Assembly (NCBI GenBank): GCA_965216315.1
Contig: CBDCFN010000016.1
Location: forward strand, 1,736,378 to 1,800,377
Origin: a bacterium
GTDB lineage: Bacteria > UBA10199 > 2-02-FULL-50-16 > JAJFLM01
Direction: 5' to 3'
DNA: 64,000 nt
Shown: positions 1 through 9,711 of the stretch, piece by piece
Numbering within the stretch: the first letter of the stretch is position 1
Layout: each line of letters starts with the position of its first letter
Program-made: the position numbers and the translations under genes
The notes under the pieces: generated by a model
Told to the model about the DNA's origin: nothing
The model's input: the letters and a program-made list of their open reading frames with translations, nothing else
The model's database searches: none

Positions 1-135
1 GTGAGATAGATCTTCCGAGGTGACCGGGGACCCCATAGAGACTCCCCCGTAGCCACAGCCGTGCTAATGACCGTCTCCTCCCCATCCGCTTCGGTTTCGG
101 CCTGCACGACAGGAGGCATACTAAGGCCATACATC
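1..135 (-). CDS. Possible 5' end (about 45 codons) of an unknown gene running off the window; begins MYGLSMPPVVQAETE...
   Basis: Minus-strand ATG at about 133-135, open to the window edge. Too short to classify. Not in the ORF track because under 60 aa. Confidence 0.2.
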
Positions 136-239
136 AATAAAGCAGTATAAAGCCCTAATTTAAATATAAATATTCTGCTCAAGGTGGACATGGAATCTAC
201 TAAGGAATTTGCGAAATACAAGCGTCTTTTTTGCCCTGG

Positions 240-1517
240 TTAGTAGCTTGTAACCTCAAGAGCTCGGATATTTGCAGGTCGGGTCGGCAACGTAAAGTAA
301 AAACGGCTCCCAATTCCGGGACTCGATTCGACCCACAGGCGCCCTCCATGGAGCTCTATGATCTTTTTCGCGAGCGCCAACCCCAATCCGGCCCCCCCGT
401 GACTTCGCGTCATCCCCCCATCGACCTGCCGAAAGGCCTCAAAAATATCCGCAAGATGCGCCGGGTCGATGCCCGTTCCCGTATCCGCAACCGTGATCTT
501 GACCTTATCCCCAGCCAGCTCGGCCTGAATCCGCACCTCCCCCTGCGCGGTAAACTGAATCGCGTTTTCCAAGAGCTTCTCGAGAACCAAGCGGACCTTC
601 TCTTCATCGCCATACACTGAGGGAAGTCCTGGTCCCCACGCCTGGATAAGCTGAATGTCACGCGCCTGAATCTGCGCCTGCATCGACTGAATCTGTTCTT
701 CGAGGACTTTGTCGATAGGAAATTTTTTGATCGTCAACTGCTCCGGGCAGGACTCTAATTGTGACAGGTCGAGTATCGCGCGATGGATATTAAGGAGCTG
801 CTCACCGGCGGATTTGATCATCGCCAAGTGATTACGCTGTTCTTCATTGACTACCCCATCCACTCCATCCGCGAGGGCCTGCGCCAAACCGATAATATTA
901 TGCAACGGCGTTGCCAATTCATGGGTCATATTCCCCACAAAATTGCCTTTAAGTACCGACAACTCCTTGAGCTTGGCATTCTGGCGGAGCACTTCATCGT
1001 ACAAGAGTGAATTTTGAATCGAAATGCTTAATTCGTAACCAAATAGGCTCAAGAGTTCGCGTTCTTCCTTATTAAAGCTGCGTCTTCCTTCCGGGGCGGC
1101 AATAGCCACAAAGCCCAAAAGCTTGCCTTCGATGCGCAACGGCACGAGCGCCGAGGCCTTAAGCTCGACAAAGACTTTGAGAAAACGATCGCGATGCTTG
1201 GGAAATCGGACTGTCGTGATGGCCTCAATGGTCAGCGGCTCGTCATGGCTCTTAAGCCAGTTCACGAGTGGAGACCTCCCCGCAAGCTTAAAATGGAGTG
1301 GGGCCGCTCCTAGCCGTGATTTGACCAAATAAGCCCCTTCATCGCTTGTGCGGAGCAGAATACTCGCACTGCGCACCGCAAAGATCTCGGCTAGCGAGCT
1401 CAAAGCGACACTCAACAGCTTATCGCGCGATTGAAGCGAACGAAGCCCTGCAATATGTTGGGAAAAGATTTCTTTATAATCGTACGACTCCCGTTGAAAG
1501 AGTCGGAGCTGGAACAT
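240..1517 (-). CDS. Soluble sensor histidine kinase with an N-terminal GAF-like domain (HisKA + HATPase_c)
   Basis: H-box HELATPLHNIIGLAQAL; G1/G2 boxes DTGTGI ... GGAGLGLALAKKIIELHGGRLWVESSPGIGSRFYFTLP. No TM segments. Last gene of the big minus-strand operon. Confidence 0.85.
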   Translation of the reverse strand: MFQLRLFQRESYDYKEIFSQHIAGLRSLQSRDKLLSVALSSLAEIFAVRSASILLRTSDEGAYLVKSRLGAAPLHFKLAGRSPLVNWLKSHDEPLTIEAITTVRFPKHRDRFLKVFVELKASALVPLRIEGKLLGFVAIAAPEGRRSFNKEERELLSLFGYELSISIQNSLLYDEVLRQNAKLKELSVLKGNFVGNMTHELATPLHNIIGLAQALADGVDGVVNEEQRNHLAMIKSAGEQLLNIHRAILDLSQLESCPEQLTIKKFPIDKVLEEQIQSMQAQIQARDIQLIQAWGPGLPSVYGDEEKVRLVLEKLLENAIQFTAQGEVRIQAELAGDKVKITVADTGTGIDPAHLADIFEAFRQVDGGMTRSHGGAGLGLALAKKIIELHGGRLWVESSPGIGSRFYFTLPTRPANIRALEVTSY

Positions 1518-1538
1518 TGGAAGGGAGTGTACTAAATT

Positions 1539-2669
1539 TTACGTGCCGTCACAAACGGTATCGTCGTCACCAGCACAAAGAATGGTGGCCTCGATCCGGA
1601 CGGCGATATCGAGTCCGACGGCGGCCGACAAAGGACCACTTCCCTCGGTGACGAGTGTCGTGCCGACCAGATGCACCGTCCCATCATCCTGGACTGGCAA
1701 GCCCAAAATATTGTTCCCACTGATGATAAAATCACCCGCTAAAAGCCGATCATTGGGAACATCAAGCGAGTCGACACTCCCCGACGTAAAAGGCATATCG
1801 AGTACCAGGGTTGAGTTGTTGTCGACCAAATCAACGACGAGATTAGGCAAAGTCAACTCACCGGTGTCTGCATTGTAACTTCCCGTCACCGCGGACCGGG
1901 TCGTAATATGCGTCTGGCCGGAAATAATACTCAGAACCGGACCCAACGCGGGGACACTGGGATCGGGAGGCGGTAAGAAGAAATTGTCGCCTGAGGTGAT
2001 TTGCGGAAATGAAAAGTCACCATTCGTCGCAATGTTACCCACCAAGGTAACGGGGGCAAAGGCATCGACACCCATCTCGGTATCCATCGGCACACCGAGA
2101 CCTCCGGTGGACACCACCATATAAGTAATTGTCAGATCGACATCGCCACTTAAATCAACGGAACTCCCCCCGCTAGAGACTTCAGGGCAATCCTCTTCCC
2201 CTTCCGACTTTCCATAGAGCTCAATTTGGATGATGCCTGAATTCTCGCCATTAAACGACATATCGACAATAGCCGTATGAATCGAGTCCCCACTCTCTTC
2301 TAAGGGACTATAACGGACGCGCAGCGCATAACTGGCCCCGGCAGGAATCTCCAACGGACTGATTCCACCGGCGGCATCCGACGGGATCTCTGCATCCGAG
2401 CCGATTTGAAAACCACGTATCGTGAAGTGTCCGGCCCCATTTGTGCCGGGTGCCAAGACAGCGCCCAGCATACTGAGGGTTTTACCCGTGGTATTTTGAA
2501 AATTGAAAACACGTTCGTTAATGCCGCACTTGGGCGTCACACTGAAGGCCCCTTGGACGAGATCGCTGAATTGCCCTTGCTGGGTACAGGCACTCATCCA
2601 GAGCACCATGAAGGCGCCAATCAGCAGCTTAAAACGGGAACGTGAATTTTTCATAAGGTGCAGCATCAT
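1539..2669 (-). CDS. Hypothetical lipoprotein (376 aa), no recognisable family
   Basis: Signal peptide plus lipobox-like LWMSAC; Gly/Ser/Thr/Asp-rich. A 21-nt gap separates it from the downstream HK gene. Confidence 0.7.
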   Translation of the reverse strand: MMLHLMKNSRSRFKLLIGAFMVLWMSACTQQGQFSDLVQGAFSVTPKCGINERVFNFQNTTGKTLSMLGAVLAPGTNGAGHFTIRGFQIGSDAEIPSDAAGGISPLEIPAGASYALRVRYSPLEESGDSIHTAIVDMSFNGENSGIIQIELYGKSEGEEDCPEVSSGGSSVDLSGDVDLTITYMVVSTGGLGVPMDTEMGVDAFAPVTLVGNIATNGDFSFPQITSGDNFFLPPPDPSVPALGPVLSIISGQTHITTRSAVTGSYNADTGELTLPNLVVDLVDNNSTLVLDMPFTSGSVDSLDVPNDRLLAGDFIISGNNILGLPVQDDGTVHLVGTTLVTEGSGPLSAAVGLDIAVRIEATILCAGDDDTVCDGT

Positions 2670-2718
2670 TCCAATTATCGGTAAAAATCAAGAAAAGTTG
2701 CTACTTCCGAGGAAGCCC

Positions 2719-4212
2719 TTAAAAAGAGCCGCCTACCCGGACTCCAGCCCCTGTCGGGGTTCTTGAAGCAGGATTGGTCGGGTCCATGGTCAGGAAGAAA
2801 CCACCACCCAGGCTTCCCACCCCGGCGGACATGATTTGGATGCCGGAGGTGCGCTGTGCTTCGCCTGAAACGTCGAGGTGCGGGTTCGCATCGGGACCGG
2901 CGCCGATCGGCCGATGCGTCAAGACGTCATCGGGCCCACTGTTCAGATTAGGAGCCGTCAACATCAACGCCAATCCGACCCCTAACTGCAGGGCACCACA
3001 GCCAATCATGGCACCGCGACTGTGCCAAATATCGTTAGAACCAGCCGCGCGCGGAATACCCGGCGCACCACCACAGAACAAAGCGGCACCAGCTCCGGAC
3101 ATCTCGGGGACATTACCGAAAATACCGCCGAGTTGAATACCCGCTCCTCCGAGCATGGTCACAACCGTCGCAATAGTCGTATTCGTCCGTGATTCAGCAC
3201 CGTCCGGATCCGCATTGATCACGATCTGACCGGTGTTATAAGAAATGTTACCGTAGTTAATCAGGTTAAGTCCGCCAACCAACAAACCGAAATTATCATC
3301 GCGCAACCCATCGATATGGGAGACGTCGCTGCCGAGACCGGCAACACGAATCGAATGCGTCCCCGCGACACCAATGGCAAATAAACGATAACGGAGTCGC
3401 GCCCCCGGCGTTAAGTCTTCGCTGGTCGGTGTCTCCTCAAAATTGAAGCGTAGATGAAAACCCGTCGTTAAATTGTAAGGAACTCGATTGGGCCCACTTC
3501 CACCCAGCTCGGAGCGCTGCTGCAAACCAATCCCGAGATTGACGTGCCGGCCTAAATCAAGGCTCAAACCGGTAAAATCTTCAACGCCAAAGCTCACCGC
3601 ACCATCGGCGCGGTCATGATCGATCACGCTTAAGTAAAGCCCTGGGTTTTGATCGAGTAAGGTCCGAAAATTCGAATCACCAAAACGGAACAACTCACCG
3701 GAATGAGCGAGACCAAGCCCGATACGATGGCGCAGGGCATAGTCCGAGGGAAAACGATCGTCATAAGGGGTATGAAAGAGACCGTAACTCGCAAACAGAC
3801 GATCCCCAGGTGGCAGGTTGAGTTCAAGCTGTAAAGACCCACCATTCTCCGGCTGCAAATTAGCAGCATTTTGCCGGATTGCAGGGAACATCCCGAGTTG
3901 TCCCCCCAACACAATACTCCCGAAACGCAGGGCTGGCGTGCGGATGCGCTCATTCGCCTCCGTAGGATTTTCTGTTGCTGTTGGATTGGGATCGGTCGTC
4001 GGTTCCGGACAGGGAATTAGGGTACCATTTTCGATACGGGGTCGACATGCACCGGAACCGTCCGTTGTCGTTGAGGGAGACGCCGTATTCGGTTCGGGAC
4101 AGGTATAAAGGTGTCCATCATGAATCTCCGGCCGACAGGTCGTCGCCGCGTCGCAGACCATGCGTCTGACATCCGTTCCCCCTTCATTGACTGTACGTGG
4201 TTCACATCCCAT
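2719..4212 (-). CDS. Hypothetical Gly-rich protein (497 aa) with an N-terminal Pro/Thr/Cys linker, no signal peptide, C-terminal Phe (beta-barrel-like?)
   Basis: ATG at 4210-4212 with GAGGAAGAA RBS 7 nt upstream. Repeated TCPEP/PCPEP motifs. Ends ...GVRVGGSF. Confidence 0.6.
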   Translation of the reverse strand: MGCEPRTVNEGGTDVRRMVCDAATTCRPEIHDGHLYTCPEPNTASPSTTTDGSGACRPRIENGTLIPCPEPTTDPNPTATENPTEANERIRTPALRFGSIVLGGQLGMFPAIRQNAANLQPENGGSLQLELNLPPGDRLFASYGLFHTPYDDRFPSDYALRHRIGLGLAHSGELFRFGDSNFRTLLDQNPGLYLSVIDHDRADGAVSFGVEDFTGLSLDLGRHVNLGIGLQQRSELGGSGPNRVPYNLTTGFHLRFNFEETPTSEDLTPGARLRYRLFAIGVAGTHSIRVAGLGSDVSHIDGLRDDNFGLLVGGLNLINYGNISYNTGQIVINADPDGAESRTNTTIATVVTMLGGAGIQLGGIFGNVPEMSGAGAALFCGGAPGIPRAAGSNDIWHSRGAMIGCGALQLGVGLALMLTAPNLNSGPDDVLTHRPIGAGPDANPHLDVSGEAQRTSGIQIMSAGVGSLGGGFFLTMDPTNPASRTPTGAGVRVGGSF

Positions 4213-4230
4213 AATAAATTCTTCCTCTCT

Positions 4231-5340
4231 TTAGGAACCTCCATCTCCATTAGAAGTACTGTCCGGCGGACTGACTAATTCGACGGAAAACGTTGAAGCC
4301 GTATTTCCGTCGAGATCGGTACAGCCGCTACAAAATTGATAAGAACTTGCATCAAAGCCCTGGCCGACATCAAAAATCATATAGCTCTCCCCGCCGGTCA
4401 ACAGCATAAGCTGCTCATTTTTAATGAATCCAGGGGTAGGAACAAACTCACCGGGCTCCGGGTTTTCCGGAACATCTTCCGGCTGCCAAAACTCAGGAAG
4501 TCCACTATTGGAGTACAAACTAAACACCGACACATCCTGAGGATTGTCAAGGTCCGCCGGCTGGGCACCACCAATCGTATTCCGGCAATGCAGAATCAAC
4601 TCGCCCAGGGCTAAGTCGTAGGCCCCAACACAGGAGTAAACCAGACCAATCGGAATCAAGGGGTTTTCAGCCGTATCAATGCCGCAAAAATTAAGCCCGG
4701 GGACGGGATAACCATACTCATTAAAGCCACTGTAGTTGGTTTCATAACCGAGATTACAGATGCTATCCCCATGTTCGCGTAACTGCATCACGGAATTAGC
4801 AATATTCGTCCAGGATAGATCCGGTGACGTTTGAAAATCGGCCGGACGATTGGTCCACTGCCCGATCCCTCTAAAATAGGCAACAGAGGCAGGATCCGCT
4901 GTCTGCACCATCGCCACAAGGTCTGGATCCAGGGCGCTGACGTCATCCGCAGAAATATTTTCACCCGTCCGTGTGACGGTTAAATAACTACTCGTATTCA
5001 ACGAAGGGTTACCGTTAAAGACGTGCTCATTCGCAGTCAAACGGAGATGAATATGCGGTGGCAATTGAGGAACGCCATCTCCTTCTTCGGCGAGACAATC
5101 GGCCAGGTCTTCTCCTTCGAGCCCTTCGCAGGGGTCCTCATCGCTCGGATCAGGAACGATCGGATCTTGCGGCGGTCGTCCGCCACCATCCGGCCCGCCT
5201 AGCTCATCACCATCGCCACCGCAACCACTCAACAGGGCTACTGTCGTGAGCGCAATCGGCGCAATCGTCAATCTTGCCATCGTTCCCATCGCATTCATGA
5301 CCGGGGCAAGCGTCGTCGCTAGTGGTGCTAAGAATGACAT
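4231..5340 (-). CDS. Hypothetical acidic lipoprotein (369 aa)
   Basis: Signal peptide ...ALTTVALLSGC with lipobox LSGC. Its start overlaps the stop of the upstream 1428-aa gene (TAATG), indicating translational coupling. Confidence 0.7.
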   Translation of the reverse strand: MSFLAPLATTLAPVMNAMGTMARLTIAPIALTTVALLSGCGGDGDELGGPDGGGRPPQDPIVPDPSDEDPCEGLEGEDLADCLAEEGDGVPQLPPHIHLRLTANEHVFNGNPSLNTSSYLTVTRTGENISADDVSALDPDLVAMVQTADPASVAYFRGIGQWTNRPADFQTSPDLSWTNIANSVMQLREHGDSICNLGYETNYSGFNEYGYPVPGLNFCGIDTAENPLIPIGLVYSCVGAYDLALGELILHCRNTIGGAQPADLDNPQDVSVFSLYSNSGLPEFWQPEDVPENPEPGEFVPTPGFIKNEQLMLLTGGESYMIFDVGQGFDASSYQFCSGCTDLDGNTASTFSVELVSPPDSTSNGDGGS

Positions 5341-8300
5341 TAGTTAAACCTCCAGCTTCTATAAATATTGGGAATCTCGCGTGCTTCATTCATCGTCGCG
5401 TCATCGAGTGATTCTTCCATCTCCATGGGATCGATGGCTTCTGGATCCATTTCGGGAGCTTCATCAGCACCATCAGAACCATCTGCACCATCGGAACCGT
5501 CCGTGTCAGGATCCGGATCTTCTGGATCATCCGAGGGGTCTATATCTTCTGGATCAACAGTTGTATCATTCATATCCATCGACATGCTTTCTGTCCCCTC
5601 GGAATCACAAGAATTAAGAACGGGATCAAAACCAATGCCTAAGTAACGTGGTTCTCCCGACGTGATGCGAATCACGGGATCATCCAAACCAAGCGAACGG
5701 AAACCAAAGCCTTGCAATAAATCTTCCAGGCTATCTTCTTCGGCCGTTCCATCACACACAGCGTCTTTAGGCAGTACGGTATCAATTTCCAAGGCAAATT
5801 CATTGCCACCACCGAAATTGAAGAGATTGAGCGTCGTCCCGTTCAGGTTGGCGTTCATATTAATGGCCAGATCCGCATCCGAATAAGGGGTATTGTTTTC
5901 TTTGACCGAGATTTTAAAGAATGAGGCTTCCGGATCCGGAACAAGGGACACTTGGCCGTTCGGCTTATGCAGTTCTTTAGGCTTCAGTCCGGCCGTGATT
6001 TTAAGTTTTCCATCGGACGTATCCGTCTCATACTGGGCCCAAGCAGTAACCGACGCATCCAGACGGAAACTCAGGATAGGAACATCTTTATCCTCGGTAC
6101 AATTTGGATGAGCCTGCGGTTGTCTATCACACCAACTAATCAGATTAACGGTCTCTCCCCCTTCAACTTGGCGACGCAGGTTTGTTTCCGGGTCAACGCG
6201 TTTGCCATCCTCATCGGTCAGAACCTCATCTTCGAACACCTGCAGTTCGGCGTCGGAAAGAGCCACTTTAAGAGCCAGAGAAATAGCTTGAGGTCGGCCA
6301 TTAACATCTTCTATCGCCGAACTGCTCAAAAATTGGACCATCGGCGGCAAATTAGGATTCAACTTGAGGCGGAAACGCAACGGTGTACTCAGTTCTTCCT
6401 GAGTCACACTGCCATCGCCGTTCAAGTCAAATTCACCGATAATTTGATCTACCTGAAGGCGCAGCGGAAAACATTCCTTCGGCTGCTTTTCTACCGGCAC
6501 GGCCACCAATAAGCCGTCATCATCTTTCTTAAAACACTGTTGCGGGGCAACCGTCGCACCGATACCAAAGCGATCCACGACACCAAAGTCATTGGTATCG
6601 ATAAAGTCTGGTTCCCTATCCAAGAGCTCGTTCAACATGGTTGCAATACCATGCAGGGCCATGTTCGCCATCTCTTCTTTGAGGGTCAGATTGACGTTCT
6701 TACGAAGGCGGCGCGCCGCACTGATCGGATCGACTTTGCCGGATTCTGCATCGGCTAAATAACCATTATCGGAATTTTTAATCGATGCCGGCAAATTGTT
6801 CATGAAGTCAACCGAATCACGCTCACTATCGGGAGTCGGATCGCCTTCCTCAAACGCACCCGAAGGCAGCACTAAACTACCACCTTTGAAAGAAATGCCA
6901 CGCGGACTAAGGATGAGATCCGCCTTCAAGAGATCTGAGAATATCTCCGTCGTAAACTCTTTACCAAAGAGAGGTACCGTAAGAGGCATGAGTGGATCGT
7001 TCGCGAACTTGCCGAGCTCTTTCGTTAAAATCTTTGGCGTCAAACAAGAAACCTGGCTTTTGATCGTCTCTACGAGCTGCGTCGAAACGTTGGCGCTTGT
7101 CGGCGTCGGCTCCAAACTGGAACCATTGATCTGCTGATTGAGAGATTCCATCGCCTTACAGGCCGGTTGATCGATCCAAACTTCAGCCGTTTCACTGCTC
7201 TCATCGTAACAGCCGTCACCATCCAGAGTTGTACTCCATGGCCGATCACAACGAAATTTGACTAACCGTCCGCCCGGTCCCCAAGCATCAATCAAGTCGT
7301 GACCCGGAATCGGATTAACCGCTGTTACAGTAAGCCCGCTCTCGTCCTTGGAAAGTTGGATCTCCAGATTAACGGTCAACCAATTGACTTGCAATTCAAC
7401 CGGAAGAACACCCAAACCAAGGTCCTGATCTTTGTCAAAGCAGGCACCCTGGAGCTTGTTGTCAACAAGATCTAAGCCGGCACAGTCCGTCTCATTACAT
7501 TTGATCGTAAAAATTTCCGTGAAACCGCTAAGCCCCGCGATTTCTAAACGCACCCAGGCGCGATTCTTATTCAAGAAATGAAGGGAACTGATATCAAGAG
7601 CCCCAATCGTCGGATCAATAATATTGAAGGTCCGAAAAAGGTTGGGTTGCGGTCCGACCCAATCGCATTGATCAACCGCTTCTTGAGTCGGCGCTTGCGG
7701 CTTAAAAAGAGCTAAGAAAATATCTTTTTTAAACTTGTCCGTGTTCATCGCCGTTTCGATGTCGTCTATCAAGGCGCCCTGACCGCTTTCCGTCACCTCA
7801 AGATAAGAGGCCGGAATGTGTCCAGCCAATGCCGCATCAACTTCCGTCCTAATTAAATTTCCTTCATCATCGAAGCGGCTTCGCATCTCACCATAACCAA
7901 AGCTCACGGACTTTTGCGTATCACGGCCTTCATCCGCCGCTTTCACCGTCACGGCTTTGAGTGGGAAACTAAGTCCGCCCTCCTTCAACTTGAATACATA
8001 TTTTTTATCTTCGGCTGCCGTCGGACACATTTCATAGAATTCATCGAGCTGCTTATCCGGGTTGCCGCGCTCAAAGATCGGCAAGGTCTCATTATCTTCC
8101 TGGATACAGGCTCGATCCATCGTTACCGGAACGACTTCAAGCGCTGTCGTGCAAATAATTGATGTGGGACTTGGGCACGGAGAAATATTTATCTGGTTGA
8201 GAAATGTCTCGCAATCCTCGACACCAAGGTTGTCGCAGATTTCTTGGCAGGTAAAATCCTGACCCTCTTCTCCCTCGGCCGCGGCAATGTCACATATACC

Positions 8301-9626
8301 GTCGTTGTCGTTATCCGGATCGTCAATATCGAGGAGTCCATCCTTGTCAAAATCATTGCAAAGGCGTCGGGCATCAAGGTCACAACCCGCTTCCACTGAA
8401 GGAATAAAGGTCGGTGCTTCTTCCGGACAGGCCCCTACACCAGCCACGACCACCATATCGGTTATTTCATCGGCGCGGACAGGCCAACCATCAAGTTTCT
8501 CGATATAGTGACCCTCCTGATCAAAGAATTGGAGACATAACTCTGGGGCGGCTACTTGGTTGTCCAGCGGAGCGACTTCAATGACCTGACCATCACCGGG
8601 ATTATACCCTGTCACCGTATTTTGAACGCGGATGGAAATGTCATTGCTGCCGTTACCTAGAGGAATACCTGTAATCAAAAAGCCATTCGTATTCCCCGCC
8701 GCGCAGAGCGCGTTACGTCCGCAAAAAATTTCAACCGTGGGACAGGCTAATTCGGCAATTTTGGCGTCCGTACAATCTTCTTCAGCCACCTCAGCCGCAG
8801 TACAACAAACAGAGTCTGATTCAGCCTGCGCGTTATCCACATCCTCAACGGTCGGACAGGGTCGACTCAAGGTCCAGTGCTTGCCCGTTTCCTCTTCCGT
8901 TGCTTCATCGATTTCATTAGTTACGGTCACAACAACCTTGGCACCCGATGCATCTCCCTCTGGATTAGCCAGACAGATGTCGAGCGTTTTAGAAGCAATC
9001 GGGTCAGAACTCAGAGTGTATTCACCGGTTCCAGCATCTTGCGTAATGCCTGGCGTCAGATCTTCGTCGGCCTGATTGAGTTCGGCCATGGTAATTTTCA
9101 GATCAGGGGCAGAAACTTTAACAAACTGGCGATTGATAACAACGATGTTCGGAAGACCCATGTTGGCAATGAAGAGAGCATTTGTACTCGCAACATAGAG
9201 GCCCGGATCGGAAGACGGGAGAGTGACGTTCGCTTCAAAATCACCGCCGGTCAGCGAATTAGGATCGATAACGACTCGCGGCGGCACATCGACAGGATTA
9301 TCGACAGAATTAACTTCTACGAAAAAATTGGCTAGGTTTGGAACCTGGGTCGCCAACCCACTAACACAAATACTCGTCCCGAGGACCTCCGGCGGGGTGC
9401 CCGCATTAGGCGGCGCTGGCTCGGCCACACAAAGCATTCCCGAATCTCCGCCTTCGAAATTCTCAGGGTGAGCGATCTCATCACAAAAATCACTGACCGG
9501 ATTGGTAGGCGGAGTGCAGACGGCATAGGCCGCTCCGCACACCGCTAATGACACCCCATTAAGGAGTAAGCCTAGAACCAAAAAACGTCGTAATTTCAAC
9601 AACATTAGCGTAAGAATCTCCCTCAT
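5340..9626 (-). CDS. Giant secreted protein (1428 aa) with thrombospondin-type-3-like Ca-binding repeats and a poly-acidic C-terminal tail
   Basis: N-terminal signal peptide. DFDKDGLLDIDDPDNDNDGICD (about nt 8289-8354) fits DxDxDGxxDxxD. C-terminal DPSDDPEDPDPDTDGSDGADGSDGAD... tail. Confidence 0.75.
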   Translation of the reverse strand: MREILTLMLLKLRRFLVLGLLLNGVSLAVCGAAYAVCTPPTNPVSDFCDEIAHPENFEGGDSGMLCVAEPAPPNAGTPPEVLGTSICVSGLATQVPNLANFFVEVNSVDNPVDVPPRVVIDPNSLTGGDFEANVTLPSSDPGLYVASTNALFIANMGLPNIVVINRQFVKVSAPDLKITMAELNQADEDLTPGITQDAGTGEYTLSSDPIASKTLDICLANPEGDASGAKVVVTVTNEIDEATEEETGKHWTLSRPCPTVEDVDNAQAESDSVCCTAAEVAEEDCTDAKIAELACPTVEIFCGRNALCAAGNTNGFLITGIPLGNGSNDISIRVQNTVTGYNPGDGQVIEVAPLDNQVAAPELCLQFFDQEGHYIEKLDGWPVRADEITDMVVVAGVGACPEEAPTFIPSVEAGCDLDARRLCNDFDKDGLLDIDDPDNDNDGICDIAAAEGEEGQDFTCQEICDNLGVEDCETFLNQINISPCPSPTSIICTTALEVVPVTMDRACIQEDNETLPIFERGNPDKQLDEFYEMCPTAAEDKKYVFKLKEGGLSFPLKAVTVKAADEGRDTQKSVSFGYGEMRSRFDDEGNLIRTEVDAALAGHIPASYLEVTESGQGALIDDIETAMNTDKFKKDIFLALFKPQAPTQEAVDQCDWVGPQPNLFRTFNIIDPTIGALDISSLHFLNKNRAWVRLEIAGLSGFTEIFTIKCNETDCAGLDLVDNKLQGACFDKDQDLGLGVLPVELQVNWLTVNLEIQLSKDESGLTVTAVNPIPGHDLIDAWGPGGRLVKFRCDRPWSTTLDGDGCYDESSETAEVWIDQPACKAMESLNQQINGSSLEPTPTSANVSTQLVETIKSQVSCLTPKILTKELGKFANDPLMPLTVPLFGKEFTTEIFSDLLKADLILSPRGISFKGGSLVLPSGAFEEGDPTPDSERDSVDFMNNLPASIKNSDNGYLADAESGKVDPISAARRLRKNVNLTLKEEMANMALHGIATMLNELLDREPDFIDTNDFGVVDRFGIGATVAPQQCFKKDDDGLLVAVPVEKQPKECFPLRLQVDQIIGEFDLNGDGSVTQEELSTPLRFRLKLNPNLPPMVQFLSSSAIEDVNGRPQAISLALKVALSDAELQVFEDEVLTDEDGKRVDPETNLRRQVEGGETVNLISWCDRQPQAHPNCTEDKDVPILSFRLDASVTAWAQYETDTSDGKLKITAGLKPKELHKPNGQVSLVPDPEASFFKISVKENNTPYSDADLAINMNANLNGTTLNLFNFGGGNEFALEIDTVLPKDAVCDGTAEEDSLEDLLQGFGFRSLGLDDPVIRITSGEPRYLGIGFDPVLNSCDSEGTESMSMDMNDTTVDPEDIDPSDDPEDPDPDTDGSDGADGSDGADEAPEMDPEAIDPMEMEESLDDATMNEAREIPNIYRSWRFN

Positions 9627-9711
9627 GGCGAGTATCGGTTTCTACGGTCAAAAGTTGTCAGGTTTTCAGGGGTAAAAATGGTGAATTTTCGCAAGAAGCT
9701 CGGCTAAGCCG

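Noticed and set aside
410-661. Arg-rich 83-aa ORF on the minus strand and 129-aa ORF on the plus strand at 231-620
   Set aside because: Both lie inside or antisense to the well-supported histidine kinase gene. Their composition (Arg-rich, no motifs) is typical of out-of-frame reading of GC-rich coding DNA.
4213-4233. Possible stop-codon readthrough fusing the 369-aa lipoprotein to the 497-aa protein (same frame)
   Set aside because: The second gene has its own ATG with a good GAGGAAGAA Shine-Dalgarno. The same-frame arrangement has a one-in-three chance by coincidence. It is kept only as a low-interest note.
5460-5500. Short tandem DNA repeat (GATGGTGCAGATGGTTCTGATGGTGCTGAT) that might suggest a CRISPR or VNTR
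   Set aside because: It is two to three codon-level GSDGAD repeats within the acidic tail of a protein. There is no spacer/repeat architecture and no cas genes anywhere in the window.
5952-9471. Multiple plus-strand ORFs of 60-190 aa inside the 1428-aa gene (e.g. 5952-6512, 8632-9075, 8877-9335)
   Set aside because: They are antisense to a long, signal-peptide-bearing ORF with conserved motifs, and have no RBS or motifs of their own.
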